From the IMG/VR virus record IMGVR_UViG_3300038423_000132: a DNA stretch of 64,000 bases. One strand, 5' to 3'. The notes under the pieces were generated by a model that saw only the letters and a list, made by a program, of their open reading frames with translations, did no database searches and was not told the origin of the DNA. Origin of the DNA: an uncultured virus (IMG/VR IMGVR_UViG_3300038423_000132). Lineage: Duplodnaviria > Heunggongvirae > Uroviricota > Caudoviricetes. The position numbers and the translations under genes were made by a program. This document shows, in pieces, positions 9,542-19,224 of the stretch (within the stretch, counting starts at the first letter, position 1; every line of letters starts with the position of its first letter).

Positions 9542-10530
9542 TTCCTTGACCACCATGCCCGCAAGAAGGCAGCGCGCTGTTCTTCCTCGGTGTGTGCCTT
9601 CACGATCTCCGGGTGAAGCGGGCCTACTTCCTTGCCCACGGCCTCCCAATCGGTAACCAGCTTCTTCTCCGGCCTCACCCAGCCCACGCTGCCCATGGGC
9701 GTAATGGCCTTCTGTGCGTCTCCGATGAGCGCCCGCAGGTGATTGTTCGCCTCGCGCTCGCGGGCCTCCCAGGTGGCTTTCTGTTCGCTGGCGGCCCGCA
9801 TCTCCGCGGTGAAGTCCAGAATCTCCTGGCTGGGCTTGGTGATGACCTCGCCGGTCGAGAGCGAGAACTTGCGGGCGAAATACGCTCCGCAACTCACCGT
9901 CTGGTCGATGGGCGGTTCAGTCTTCTTGACAACATAGTCGTGCCAGAATGCGCGGGCGACTTCCGTCATGTTGCGCTCAAACACCGGGTCCCGTTCGATC
10001 CGGTATTCCTGAAGCGTATTGCCAGAGAAGAGGACGCCAAAATTCCAGCCAAATGCTTCGCAGATTTTCATGTACCATGAGTCGGCCACGAAATAGTGGG
10101 CCGGCACTTCCTCGCTTCCCTCGGCGCCCCACTCTCCCGACTTGCGCGCGGAGCATTTCCCCTCGTATCCGCGATTCATAGAAGGAATCCAGCCGTCCGG
10201 GGCGGCGATCATCCAGGGCTCTTCGCCGATGACCAAGTTGATTGCGTTCCATGGCCGCGTGTTCTTGAAGTAAGCGCTCAGTTTTTCAGGGGCGATCACA
10301 TCAACGCCGAGGCGCTGCGCATAGCGATCGCGTACAATAGGTTCGAGAGCGAGTCCCCACCACAGCATCTCGGAGTCGAGGGCGGGGATTTTTTCTGGGG
10401 CGACTTTTGCTTCCCAGACTTCGAATGGGGTTTTCCACGGGCTAAAACCAAGAATTGCGGCTACGTCGCTCCCGCCGAGTCCATTGGCGCGCGACGCCGC
10501 GTAGGATTCTTTCTCTTCGTATACGCTCAC
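9538..10530 (-). CDS. YqaJ-like viral exonuclease
   Basis: GLGGSDVAAILG.SPWKT, G..LEP, APDG, E.K; near RecT. Confidence 0.92.
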   Translation of the reverse strand: MSVYEEKESYAASRANGLGGSDVAAILGFSPWKTPFEVWEAKVAPEKIPALDSEMLWWGLALEPIVRDRYAQRLGVDVIAPEKLSAYFKNTRPWNAINLVIGEEPWMIAAPDGWIPSMNRGYEGKCSARKSGEWGAEGSEEVPAHYFVADSWYMKICEAFGWNFGVLFSGNTLQEYRIERDPVFERNMTEVARAFWHDYVVKKTEPPIDQTVSCGAYFARKFSLSTGEVITKPSQEILDFTAEMRAASEQKATWEAREREANNHLRALIGDAQKAITPMGSVGWVRPEKKLVTDWEAVGKEVGPLHPEIVKAHTEEEQRAAFLRAWWSRK

Positions 10531-10569
10531 GATTGCCCTCCGTTCGGTGTACTTACCGGGCAAGGATGC

Positions 10570-10965
10570 TCATAAGGAGGGTTGTGCGCCCTCATCGGCA
10601 TACCTTACCAGATAATTCTCCGGCATTAAGTTGCAAACGATTTGCTGACCTGCTCTCAGGGCTTGGCCGCGTTTCTTAAATTCGACAAAGAACACTTTTC
10701 CGTCTTTCACCGCTACGCGGTCACAGACAACGGTGGGAGAAAACACCTGAAAGCCCTGCATTTCCAAATCCGCCGCCATCTTTTGTTCATTGTTAAGCTG
10801 TGCTAGTCTGCGACGACTCTGAGCCTCTGAAGAATAAAATCCGCCTGCGTGCCGTCTCTTATTCGAGTTTTTGCCGTTTTGGCTCATTGCCAGCTTGCGA
10901 GCCGGAGTCATCAAAAAATCTGTCATTGGCGCGCTCGATCCCCGCTTAAAGTCATGCTTGTTCAC
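10570..10965 (-). CDS. VRR-NUC-like PD-(D/E)xK nuclease
   Basis: DRVAVKDGKVFFVEFK...L..GQ. Confidence 0.6.
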   Translation of the reverse strand: MNKHDFKRGSSAPMTDFLMTPARKLAMSQNGKNSNKRRHAGGFYSSEAQSRRRLAQLNNEQKMAADLEMQGFQVFSPTVVCDRVAVKDGKVFFVEFKKRGQALRAGQQIVCNLMPENYLVRYADEGAQPSL

Positions 10966-11177
10966 AGCTCCGCGATCTGCACCGACTGGCGCAGCTTGGC
11001 GGCCTTTTCTCGCGTCTCGGCCACATAGTTCGTGCCCGGCGCGTAGGCTTCCAGAAGATCCCGCACATAGGTCCCCAGCGGCTTCTTTGCCGCCTTCGCC
11101 TCGGCTTTCAATTGCGCGATGGTGGAGTTGTTCAGGCGCCAGGAAACGGTGGTTGTCGGTCTGCGGTGTCTGCCCAT
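10962..11177 (-). CDS. Ribbon-helix-helix-like regulator
   Basis: TVSWRL....AQLKAEAK....LGTYVRDLL. Confidence 0.6.
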   Translation of the reverse strand: MGRHRRPTTTVSWRLNNSTIAQLKAEAKAAKKPLGTYVRDLLEAYAPGTNYVAETREKAAKLRQSVQIAEL

Positions 11178-11186
11178 GGTCCCTCG

Positions 11187-11504
11187 CTACTTCTTCGCCG
11201 GCTCAGCCGGTTTAGGAACGCAGTCGGGGTCGGCGTTCACGCTGTCCTGGTGGAGTTGGAACTTGTCGCCGCACACTTTCTGCAGGGCGTCGACCGCCTG
11301 GCGCCAAACCTGGGCTGCGCTCTGCACGTCCCGCTGCGCAGCTTCCATCTCGCGCTGTGCGCGTTGCTGGGCGGCATCGGCCGCGTAGAAGTCCTTCAGC
11401 AATTCAACCGGGATCACCGGCGGCTTCTCGGGCGACTTGGCCGCTTGTGGATAGACCGAGGCTGCCAGAAGGCCAGCCAGGATGAGGAGTGCGATTCGCT
11501 TCAT
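11187..11504 (-). CDS. Small exported coiled-coil protein
   Basis: Signal peptide MKRIALLILAGLLAA; C-terminal Cys pair. Confidence 0.65.
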   Translation of the reverse strand: MKRIALLILAGLLAASVYPQAAKSPEKPPVIPVELLKDFYAADAAQQRAQREMEAAQRDVQSAAQVWRQAVDALQKVCGDKFQLHQDSVNADPDCVPKPAEPAKK

Positions 11505-11537
11505 GTGGAATTCCCCCGCTTTCGGCAATACGCGGTG

Positions 11538-11566
11538 ATAGTACCGCAAGTCAAAACGTATTGCAA
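11538..11566 (-). promoter_or_regulatory. Leftward sigma70-type promoter
   Basis: TTGCAA-17 nt-TACTAT on the minus strand. Confidence 0.6.
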
Positions 11567-11592
11567 GAGGAATTTTCGATAAACATCAATAT

Positions 11593-11636
11593 GTGACAGC
11601 TGTCACGTTGACATTTCTGTCGGATGGGTGTAGGGT
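11593..11636 (+). promoter_or_regulatory. Rightward sigma70-type promoter with adjacent palindrome
   Basis: GTGACAGCTGTCAC (11593-11606), then TTGACA-17 nt-TAGGGT. Confidence 0.6.
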
Positions 11637-11752
11637 GGTCTTCGTCCTGCGCGCCAGCGAAAGGATAGGCGTTCCGGCAGATCACCGGGACAGCGATTGG
11701 CTGGGAGGCGTTCCTTGCGCCTCCCGCCGGCCTCACAAGGAGAGGACAGGGC

Positions 11753-12079
11753 GTGAACGATCAGGATCTCCAGAAAACAACCTTCCGCCAGCGGGTATGG
11801 CAAACGACGCTCGGCGTTCGTGCGAAGTTGCTGCTCATAGCCGCTTCTGAGGTGGGAGCCGTCCAAGGGTTTGAAATCGAAGCCCCGGGAGACCTGTTTC
11901 TCCGGCTAGCACCGATGGCCACCCGGAAACTCTCGGCCGTCGTCCGGACAATCGACAATCTCCAAAAAGTGAAAGTGCTTTTGATCCAACCATCTGCAGA
12001 CGGATACAAGCTCCTCTTCCAACCCGAAAACGAGCGCCATTACTACGAAGAGGGGAAGCGGAGGCCGCGCGCTAAATGA
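11753..12079 (+). CDS. Hypothetical protein, possibly DNA-binding
   Basis: First ORF of the rightward unit, with RBS. Confidence 0.55.
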   Translation: MNDQDLQKTTFRQRVWQTTLGVRAKLLLIAASEVGAVQGFEIEAPGDLFLRLAPMATRKLSAVVRTIDNLQKVKVLLIQPSADGYKLLFQPENERHYYEEGKRRPRAK

Positions 12080-12996
12080 AGGCTCCTGCGTTCCAATTCT
12101 ACCCGAAACAGTGGCTCGGGGACGACAAGGTAATGGCCATGTCGTGGGATGCACGTGCAATGCATATGCATCTGATTTGTATTGCATGGCAACAAGACCC
12201 GCCATGCACACTCCCAGACGATGACGCGATGCTTCGGAGATGGCTCGGAAATCCGCGTGGATGGGAAAGCCTTAAACGGCAGATATTTGCAGCTTGGAAG
12301 CTGATTGATGGCCGCTGGGTGCAAACTGGATTGCTGGAGCAATTTGGGCGTCAAGCGGCGTACCGAGAGAGCCGAAAGAGGGGAGCAGATGCGCGCTGGG
12401 GAACTCATGCATATGCATCCTCAAATGAATGCATAACCGATGCTCTACAGTCTACGTCTTCTACTACATCTACAAGAAAGACTAAAAAGCAAAAACCTTC
12501 CCAAGGGGCAAAGCCCCCTCGGGTTGTCGATCCTCGCTTTGGAGATTTCAAGAAAAACTTCGAAGCCTACTTCCAAGAGGCCAACCAGATTCCGGCAACG
12601 TGGGATGGCAGAGAGGGAAGCGCTTTGAAGGTCTGGCTGGCAGCGAATCCAACAATCGACGTCGCCCAGTGGAGAAAGATTCTCTACTGGAGGCTGAAAA
12701 GCCAAGGCGTAGCACAGGCTACGCGCTTAAGCTCGTGGATCGATGTCGCCATCGGTTGGCTCAAAGGGCCGGCCGACAACTGGGGAAAACCCATCACCGG
12801 AGGAAACAATGGAAAACGCAATACAGCCGTCGAGCGGGAAGCAGCCAACTTTGCTTTCCTACAGCCAGATCTTTCAGGTGAACAAGCCGATAGCCGACCG
12901 GATCACGGCGGCGACGGTGCGCCTGCAGACAGTGAAGGGGAGGGACCTAAACGCCTCAATCCTGGCAGCGTGGATCGAGCAACTGAGCTCTTTTGA
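12076..12996 (+). CDS. DUF1376/YdaU-like replication initiator
   Basis: KAPAFQFYP..WL.D, W.Q...TLPDDD..L motifs; position in replication module. Confidence 0.75.
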   Translation: MKAPAFQFYPKQWLGDDKVMAMSWDARAMHMHLICIAWQQDPPCTLPDDDAMLRRWLGNPRGWESLKRQIFAAWKLIDGRWVQTGLLEQFGRQAAYRESRKRGADARWGTHAYASSNECITDALQSTSSTTSTRKTKKQKPSQGAKPPRVVDPRFGDFKKNFEAYFQEANQIPATWDGREGSALKVWLAANPTIDVAQWRKILYWRLKSQGVAQATRLSSWIDVAIGWLKGPADNWGKPITGGNNGKRNTAVEREAANFAFLQPDLSGEQADSRPDHGGDGAPADSEGEGPKRLNPGSVDRATELF

Positions 12997-13462
12997 CCCG
13001 GTAGCGCTGGCGAATGTCTTCAACCGGGTGGAGCGCGAAGTCCGCGCCTTCCCCGATGTCGCCGATCTTGTCCAGATCCTCGACCGAGCGGAGTTTGACG
13101 CGGCCTTTGCGCTGGTGCTGCGCGGGCTGCGGCGCCATGGCGTCGAGTGGCGGGACCGGGAAGCCTGGAAAGAAAGCGACAAGTGGGACATGACGTCGCC
13201 GGCCGCGATCGCCAAGGGTGACCGGATCCTGGTGCCGGGCAAGGTGCATCCGGCCGAGCCGGCGCCAATCATCCCGCCGCGGATGAAGCGCGCGCTCGAG
13301 CTGTTCGGGCAAGAGGGGATGGTCGAGACCGGCATGCGGCGGCTGATGCGGGACAGCCCAACCCTGTGGACATCTGAGACCGAAAGGGACTCAGGCCAGC
13401 ACGGCCGCCAGGCGTCGCAGATCGAAAGGGACTTGTTGGACTGCTGGAGGCGGAGCCAATGA
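12809..13462 (+). CDS. Replication-associated protein (helicase-loader-like position)
   Basis: GGAGG RBS plus ATG; W..QL...FP..ADL pattern; follows the initiator. Confidence 0.55.
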   Translation: MENAIQPSSGKQPTLLSYSQIFQVNKPIADRITAATVRLQTVKGRDLNASILAAWIEQLSSFDPVALANVFNRVEREVRAFPDVADLVQILDRAEFDAAFALVLRGLRRHGVEWRDREAWKESDKWDMTSPAAIAKGDRILVPGKVHPAEPAPIIPPRMKRALELFGQEGMVETGMRRLMRDSPTLWTSETERDSGQHGRQASQIERDLLDCWRRSQ

Positions 13463-14094
13463 CTGAATCTCTGACTGCTAAAATCCCGCGGATGCACTCG
13501 CCAGTGAATCGGCTGGCAGCACGCGTCATTCAGTCTGGAATCCAGTACGAAGAGACCTTTGTAGCGAAATCCGAGATTGTCAGCGAAGTCCCTCTTCCTA
13601 CGCGCGCTTATCCTTCCTGCGAGCGGCCAGAAGACAATTTAACGGGGCAAAAGTTTGGTCGGTTCACGGTGATTGGGAGAGCAGCTACTTCGGCCTCATG
13701 GGTCGTCCGTTGTGCGTGCGGTCGCTACTGTTACCGCAAAGCCAAGGTGCTCAAGACGGTTGAATTACAGGCAGCCTCTCAGGTCATGTGTCCTAGATGC
13801 AGCAATGTGGCTGGAGGGTCGAGAGCCAATCGACCCGACGCTATAAGCAAAAATCTGCGAGGGGCGGCACTTCCTATGTACGCGGCCCTCAAGGACATCC
13901 TGGCCAACGGCCTCACGACCCACACGCGGGCAAATGCTCGCTATGCGATGGGAATTGCCCTTGGTGAGCCCGAAAGAAATGAGGCGCGCGAAGTGGAGAT
14001 AAAGCACATTTTTATGCGGGATTTTAGAGAGGTGGGGGATGATCCAGGAGCTACGATTCGAGACGGTGCCATTAGCGATCAACCGAAAGGTTGA
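13459..14094 (+). CDS. Hypothetical protein with a homing-endonuclease-type zinc module
   Basis: NLTGQKFGRFTVIG...WVVRCACG, CPRC. Confidence 0.6.
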   Translation: MTESLTAKIPRMHSPVNRLAARVIQSGIQYEETFVAKSEIVSEVPLPTRAYPSCERPEDNLTGQKFGRFTVIGRAATSASWVVRCACGRYCYRKAKVLKTVELQAASQVMCPRCSNVAGGSRANRPDAISKNLRGAALPMYAALKDILANGLTTHTRANARYAMGIALGEPERNEAREVEIKHIFMRDFREVGDDPGATIRDGAISDQPKG

Positions 14095-14272
14095 GTCCGG
14101 TGCCGAGTTCAACACTCGGCTGGACGCTGAGGAGCGGGAGGCGCGCGCTGTGGCCTGCCCGCTGGTGGACAGGTGCGGGGCCCAGGTAGGCGAGCCGTGC
14201 TGCACGGAAGCGGGAGAGCCTAGAATTCGCCACTGTCGGCGTTTGTGGCTGGCGAGGAAGGCGGGGAAGTGA
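14039..14272 (+). CDS. Small zinc-finger protein
   Basis: CP....CGA..GEPC...H..R. Confidence 0.5.
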   Translation: MIQELRFETVPLAINRKVESGAEFNTRLDAEEREARAVACPLVDRCGAQVGEPCCTEAGEPRIRHCRRLWLARKAGK

Positions 14273-16602
14273 CGATACGCAGGATTTACGGAGAAGAGGT
14301 AGACCTGCCCTCTGGGGCAGTTATGGGAGCAGAATTTATCGTGCCAGATCAGAGGAATTGGGGCGAGTATTCGGAGTTTCTTGCGCGAAAGGCTATCGTT
14401 CCGGTAATTTCCGGCCTGAGCGATATTCCTCCACTTCATCCCCGGATGTTTCCCTTCCAGCGCGATGTGGCTCAATGGGCGCTCCGCCTCGGGCGCTCTG
14501 CAGTGTTCCTCGGAACAGGCATGGGAAAAACCCTCATTGAATTAGAATGGTCCAAGCATATCGCCAAGTACACAGATGGCCCAATTCTGATTCTCGCGCC
14601 GCTCGCTGTCGCGCAGCAAACCGTGGAAAAGGAATCTCCGAAGTTTGGATTCGAGTCTCGGATTGTGCGCCATCAGAGGGAGGTTGGCACAGGGATCAAC
14701 GTCACGAATTACGACCGGATAAATGACTTTGACCCATCGAAGTTCGGTGCCGTGGTCTGTGACGAATCGAGCATTCTCAAGTCAATGGACGGTAAGACGC
14801 GCTCTGCGTTGATAGAGATGTTCGCGCGGACTCCGTACAAACTCTGCGCGACAGCAACGCCGGCGCCAAATGACTACATGGAGTTAGGAAACCATGCCGA
14901 GTTTCTGGGAGTAATGACGGCGATGGAAATGCTCGCTATGTTCTTTGTCCATGACGGAGGCGATACGCAGAAGTGGAGACTCAAAGGCCATGCTCGCCGC
15001 GAATTCTGGAAGTGGGTTTGTTCCTGGGCGGTGTCAATGCGGAAACCATCCGATGTGGGCTACGAAGATGATGGCTTCGTGCTGCCGCCAAAGTACGAGC
15101 ACTTCCACGAGGTTCTAGTCGAAACGCCGACCGATGGATTCCTCTTTGCGCTTCCAGCCGAAACCTTGCAGGAACGCATCGGAGCTCGTCGGGCGTCCAT
15201 TGACGAGCGCATCGCAATGGCGATCAGTGTGATTCACAAAGAGCCAGATGAGCAATGGCTTATCTGGTGCAACCTAAATGCGGAGCAAGACGATTTAGCG
15301 CGGCACTTGGGCTCTGATTGCGTTTCGATCTTCGGCTCACTCAATCCCGACCGCAAGGTCGAGTTGCTGAATCTTTGGCTATCCGGCGAGAAGAAATATC
15401 TAGTGAGCAAGGCGTCGATGTTCGGGTACGGGCTGAACCTCCAGAATAGCGCACGGCAATTATTTGTCGGAGTAAATGATTCATGGGAGCAGTTCTACCA
15501 GGCCGTGCGCCGCTCGTGGCGTTTCGGGCAGATGCGCGACGTACATGTGCATATCATCGCCGCCACCACGGAAGGTAACGTGGTTGAGAACCTGAGACGG
15601 AAAGATGCGGAGGCACAAAAGATGGCAGAGGAAATGGCAGAGAACACGCAAGACTTGACCCGCATGAATCTAATTGGCACGTCGCGCACTTCATCGCCCT
15701 ACGTTCGGGACCGAGCCGAGGGTGAGGGCTATCGGATTGACTTGGCCGACTGTGTTGAAATGGCGCGGGAAGTGGCGAACGACTCAATCCACTACTCGAT
15801 ATTCTCGCCGCCGTTCGAAACGCTGTACACTTACTCAAACAGCGACCGCGACATGGGCAACAGCCGCACGTCCGATGAGTTTTGGCAGCACTATCGTTTT
15901 CTAATTAAAGAGCAATTCAGAATCACGATGCCTGGACGCCTTGTGTCGATTCACTGTATGAATCTGCCCACATCGAAGCAGTTCCATGGTTACATCGGCC
16001 TGCGCGACTTTCGCGGGGAAATCATCAAGGCATACGAAGAAGCGGGATTTATCTATCACTCCGAGGTCTGCATTTGGAAAGACCCAGTTACTTCGATGCA
16101 GCGCACGAAAGCTCTCGGTTTGCTCCACAAGCAGATCAAAAAGGATTCCTGCATGAGTCGGCAGGGGATTCCCGATTACTTAGTGACCATGCGGAAACCG
16201 GGAGACAACCCAGAGCGGGTGACAAACACAAATGAGAGTTTCCCTGTAAAGTTGTGGCAGAACTTTGCGAGTCCGGTATGGATGGATATAAACGCTTCAG
16301 ACACCTTGCAAAAGGAATCAGCCCGCGAGCATGAGGATGAGCGGCACATCTGCCCACTACAACTTGAAGTCATCCGGCGCGGGGTGAAGCTGTGGAGCAA
16401 CGTGGGCGATACTGTCTACGATCCTTTCGCTGGCATAGGGTCAACTGGCGTTGTGGCTTTGGAGATGGAGAGGAATTTTCTCGGCAGCGAATTGAAGCGA
16501 TCGTATTGGCTCCAAGCGTGCGCGAATCTAGAATATGCCAGCAAGCGCAGCGACAGTCTTTTTTCTAAAGCTGACGTTTCCGCTTCCGCCTCTTCCTCGT
16601 GA
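14269..16602 (+). CDS. SF2 helicase-N4/N6 DNA methyltransferase fusion
   Basis: GTGMGKT, DESS, TATP, QAVRRSWRFGQ; then SPPF and DPFAGIGST. Confidence 0.9.
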   Translation: MTIRRIYGEEVDLPSGAVMGAEFIVPDQRNWGEYSEFLARKAIVPVISGLSDIPPLHPRMFPFQRDVAQWALRLGRSAVFLGTGMGKTLIELEWSKHIAKYTDGPILILAPLAVAQQTVEKESPKFGFESRIVRHQREVGTGINVTNYDRINDFDPSKFGAVVCDESSILKSMDGKTRSALIEMFARTPYKLCATATPAPNDYMELGNHAEFLGVMTAMEMLAMFFVHDGGDTQKWRLKGHARREFWKWVCSWAVSMRKPSDVGYEDDGFVLPPKYEHFHEVLVETPTDGFLFALPAETLQERIGARRASIDERIAMAISVIHKEPDEQWLIWCNLNAEQDDLARHLGSDCVSIFGSLNPDRKVELLNLWLSGEKKYLVSKASMFGYGLNLQNSARQLFVGVNDSWEQFYQAVRRSWRFGQMRDVHVHIIAATTEGNVVENLRRKDAEAQKMAEEMAENTQDLTRMNLIGTSRTSSPYVRDRAEGEGYRIDLADCVEMAREVANDSIHYSIFSPPFETLYTYSNSDRDMGNSRTSDEFWQHYRFLIKEQFRITMPGRLVSIHCMNLPTSKQFHGYIGLRDFRGEIIKAYEEAGFIYHSEVCIWKDPVTSMQRTKALGLLHKQIKKDSCMSRQGIPDYLVTMRKPGDNPERVTNTNESFPVKLWQNFASPVWMDINASDTLQKESAREHEDERHICPLQLEVIRRGVKLWSNVGDTVYDPFAGIGSTGVVALEMERNFLGSELKRSYWLQACANLEYASKRSDSLFSKADVSASASSS

Positions 16603-16804
16603 CCTTTACCCGCGGCTGGCGCGTGCCGCACTCCGGACACGGCTTCCTGCGCTCAGCCACACCCAGCAAAACGCCGCAGTGGACACACGGCGCGGTTATT
16701 TTGGGTTTGGGGTGGGACCGGGCCGCGCGCCGCCGACCGACCTCGGACCAGAGCTCCGCGTCCGGTACGGATCCCAACTCCCACTCTGGCTCCCACGTCG
16801 TCAT
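16565..16804 (-). CDS. Small zinc-ribbon protein
   Basis: CVHC...CPEC. Confidence 0.5.
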   Translation of the reverse strand: MTTWEPEWELGSVPDAELWSEVGRRRAARSHPKPKITAPCVHCGVLLGVAERRKPCPECGTRQPRVKVTRKRRKRKRQL

Positions 16805-16901
16805 CGAGATCCCACCCATTCGCCCAGCAGGTGCACGGCGTAGGAGAACGACAGGCCGAACAGGGCGCCTACGGCCGCGGCGATCATCTTCTCGGTCAGG
16901 T

Positions 16902-17255
16902 TCATGGCTTGCTCCTGAAAATGACGCGCCATCCGCCGTAGAGCCCGCCGGCGACGGCCAGCCAGCACATCCAACCCAGCGACATGCAGATGAAGGTGAC
17001 GGCGCAAGCCAGGCCTACAACGACCCATCCGGCCGCGATGAAGGACCGGGCGAGGAACGTTCCCACGGGGTTGGGCCGGTGGCTCACGTTCGGCCCCTCG
17101 TGGAGGACGTCAGCCAGGGCGTAGAGGTGGCAGGAGCACGGGCAGGTCTCGTAGGTGCAACGCTCCCCGCCACAGCCCATCATGTCGCAGCGCGTAACCG
17201 GCGCCAGGCCATGCTTGGAGAGAACGCGATTGGTGACATTCTCGGTGAGGGTCAT
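16902..17255 (-). CDS. Small Cys-rich membrane protein
   Basis: Cys cluster plus two hydrophobic segments. Confidence 0.5.
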   Translation of the reverse strand: MTLTENVTNRVLSKHGLAPVTRCDMMGCGGERCTYETCPCSCHLYALADVLHEGPNVSHRPNPVGTFLARSFIAAGWVVVGLACAVTFICMSLGWMCWLAVAGGLYGGWRVIFRSKP

Positions 17256-17674
17256 GGGCGCACCGCCTTGGCGAGCGCGGCGCGGACCGTCTCGAAAGCT
17301 CCATGTGTGGTCGGAATTGCCTGCGCTGCCTGTTGAAGCGCTTCATACATCTCCGGCGCGGCAGCGATAAGGCGCGCGTCCTCGATGGGATGCTGCGAGC
17401 CTGCTACGCCGTAGCGCCCGCTCAGATCAGGTGCGACCATACAGACAGGCGACTGATGGCCGGGCCGTGTCTTGTTCTCGTACCAAACTGCGACGGCCGG
17501 TGCGTCTCCGCTCAGCCAGGGGACGATTTTTTCGTCTGACTTCCAGGGGCCCGGCGTGAATCCCGGTTCGGTGGTTTCTGTGTCATTTTGCGGCGGTTTG
17601 GCGAGCGCGGCATAGGTGAGATCGGCCATGGCCATTATGGCCCGCTCGTGGAAGGTGGCAATCGGTGTAGGCAT
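17252..17674 (-). CDS. Phage hypothetical protein
   Basis: FTPGPW...ARLIAAAPEMYEAL motif; CCGAACGGAGG RBS. Confidence 0.8.
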   Translation of the reverse strand: MPTPIATFHERAIMAMADLTYAALAKPPQNDTETTEPGFTPGPWKSDEKIVPWLSGDAPAVAVWYENKTRPGHQSPVCMVAPDLSGRYGVAGSQHPIEDARLIAAAPEMYEALQQAAQAIPTTHGAFETVRAALAKAVRP

Positions 17675-17693
17675 TGTGGATCCTCCGTTCGGT

Positions 17694-17906
17694 TTAGGGT
17701 CGGTAGTTCACCATCTGCTCGTCGAATCGTTGCTCTTGCAGCTCGCGCCATGCCTTCTTCCCGCACCCATCGCCGGCGCACAGCACCTGCTTGGTAGCTG
17801 GGAAGTACAGCGCGTCCTCGCCCTTCTTGATCCCGAACCCGCACCCGGCACACTTGGCGCCGTAACGCGTGACGAGCCAGAACGGGGCGCTACTGCGGCG
17901 GTTCAC
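17694..17906 (-). CDS. Small zinc-binding protein
   Basis: RY..KCAGCG..IKKG; GGAGG RBS plus GTG. Confidence 0.6.
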   Translation of the reverse strand: MNRRSSAPFWLVTRYGAKCAGCGFGIKKGEDALYFPATKQVLCAGDGCGKKAWRELQEQRFDEQMVNYRP

Positions 17907-18055
17907 GGTGTTCCTCCTCGGCGTTCTCCGTGGGAATGTGCTGGCAGCGTTTCTCGGCGCGATCCTGAGGGCAGTAGTAAGTGCAAGGGGCCTCAAACAG
18001 ACGCCACATTCGAACGCCTGGATCATACACGATCCAAGCCTTGCACCATGAGCAT

Positions 18056-18253
18056 TTACGAATTTGCTGCGGTTTCTGCACGGTGTTCCTCCTGCTCGCG
18101 CGCTCGCGCCCTGTCGCGCTGCAATATGCAGAACTCGTACATCGCGTCTGCTACCGCGCGCTCCTGAGTGGACCGCGACGAGTCTCCTACGATAGCTAAG
18201 AGCTCTCGCGCTTCTGCGGTCAGCAGATTGGACTCGCGCTCGGGGGCGTTCAT
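18056..18253 (-). CDS. Hypothetical protein
   Basis: Coupled small ORF. Confidence 0.45.
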   Translation of the reverse strand: MNAPERESNLLTAEARELLAIVGDSSRSTQERAVADAMYEFCILQRDRARAREQEEHRAETAANS

Positions 18254-18450
18254 TCGCTCACGACCTTGAGGCGGTACTCCACGTGGGGGCAGGCACGTTT
18301 CGCTTTTTCCAAGGCTTTCTTGGCTACTGCCAATCGCACCTTCTTTACGCCTCGGGTGACGTACCGAGATTCGTGTGGAACCGTCCACTTAGTCGGCTCC
18401 CATTTACCGAACCAGAGCATTTCCACGATGTACAACGGCTGCTTTGCCAT
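18250..18450 (-). CDS. Hypothetical protein
   Basis: Coupled small ORF with RBS. Confidence 0.5.
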   Translation of the reverse strand: MAKQPLYIVEMLWFGKWEPTKWTVPHESRYVTRGVKKVRLAVAKKALEKAKRACPHVEYRLKVVSE

Positions 18451-18452
18451 GG

Positions 18453-18626
18453 TCAGCACTCCCTCGCTTGAACTTTTTCGCAACGATGGCAGCGGCGAAG
18501 CTGCACAAGCGTCTGCACGCCCTTGTAGACAGTAGTGATTGGCTCTTGCCACGCCCGCCAATCATGGAACCAGAACCGCTTGTTCCAGTCCGAGGAGCGG
18601 AGATTGTGCTCTTTGCACGGCTTCAT
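18453..18626 (-). CDS. Hypothetical protein
   Basis: GGAGG RBS; HDW...CHRC. Confidence 0.5.
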   Translation of the reverse strand: MKPCKEHNLRSSDWNKRFWFHDWRAWQEPITTVYKGVQTLVQLRRCHRCEKVQAREC

Positions 18627-19014
18627 GGTCACGTCCTCCACGTTCCCGCGTAGCCCTGAAACACCGCCACGCGCACGGCTTATTCATAGTTTCTACCAAT
18701 CCCGGCAATCCTGGGTTTCGCCTGTATCGGCGTTCCGAACGAATGTCGGCTCGGGATGAATCCTGGCCAACTTTCTGCGCGCTTTAGCGACCGCTTCTTG
18801 AGGGCTTTCGGCGGAGACGACAACGATACTCGCATTCACGTTATCGTGCCACACTTGATAAACCATCAGCGTCTCCAGTCGCTCTCGGTCAGATACCGCT
18901 CTGAGCGTGTTGGCCCGTTGTCGGGCGTGTAGATGTCACGGCGGGCAGTCCAGTAGCCCGCGAAGCCGATAAGCGCGCTCCATTCCAGCACCCAGCAGAG
19001 CCAAGCGTGGGCGG

Positions 19015-19224
19015 TCATCGGCGGGCCTCCGGATTGAGCAGTTTCGGATCGCCGATGGGAAGGTCTACGATCTCCCACCAGGATTCCCAGCGCACGGAGC
19101 ACGAATCGAGAGTGTGGCGTGTCTGCATTCGGTAAAGTGTGCCGTCCTCGGTGAGCGCATAGACACTATCGTACGAGTCTTCCGATGCTGTTGCGACTGC
19201 TATCTGTTTGAACTTGAGGCTCAT
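19015..19224 (-). CDS. Hypothetical protein
   Basis: FKQIAV...VYALTEDG motif. Confidence 0.6.
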   Translation of the reverse strand: MSLKFKQIAVATASEDSYDSVYALTEDGTLYRMQTRHTLDSCSVRWESWWEIVDLPIGDPKLLNPEARR

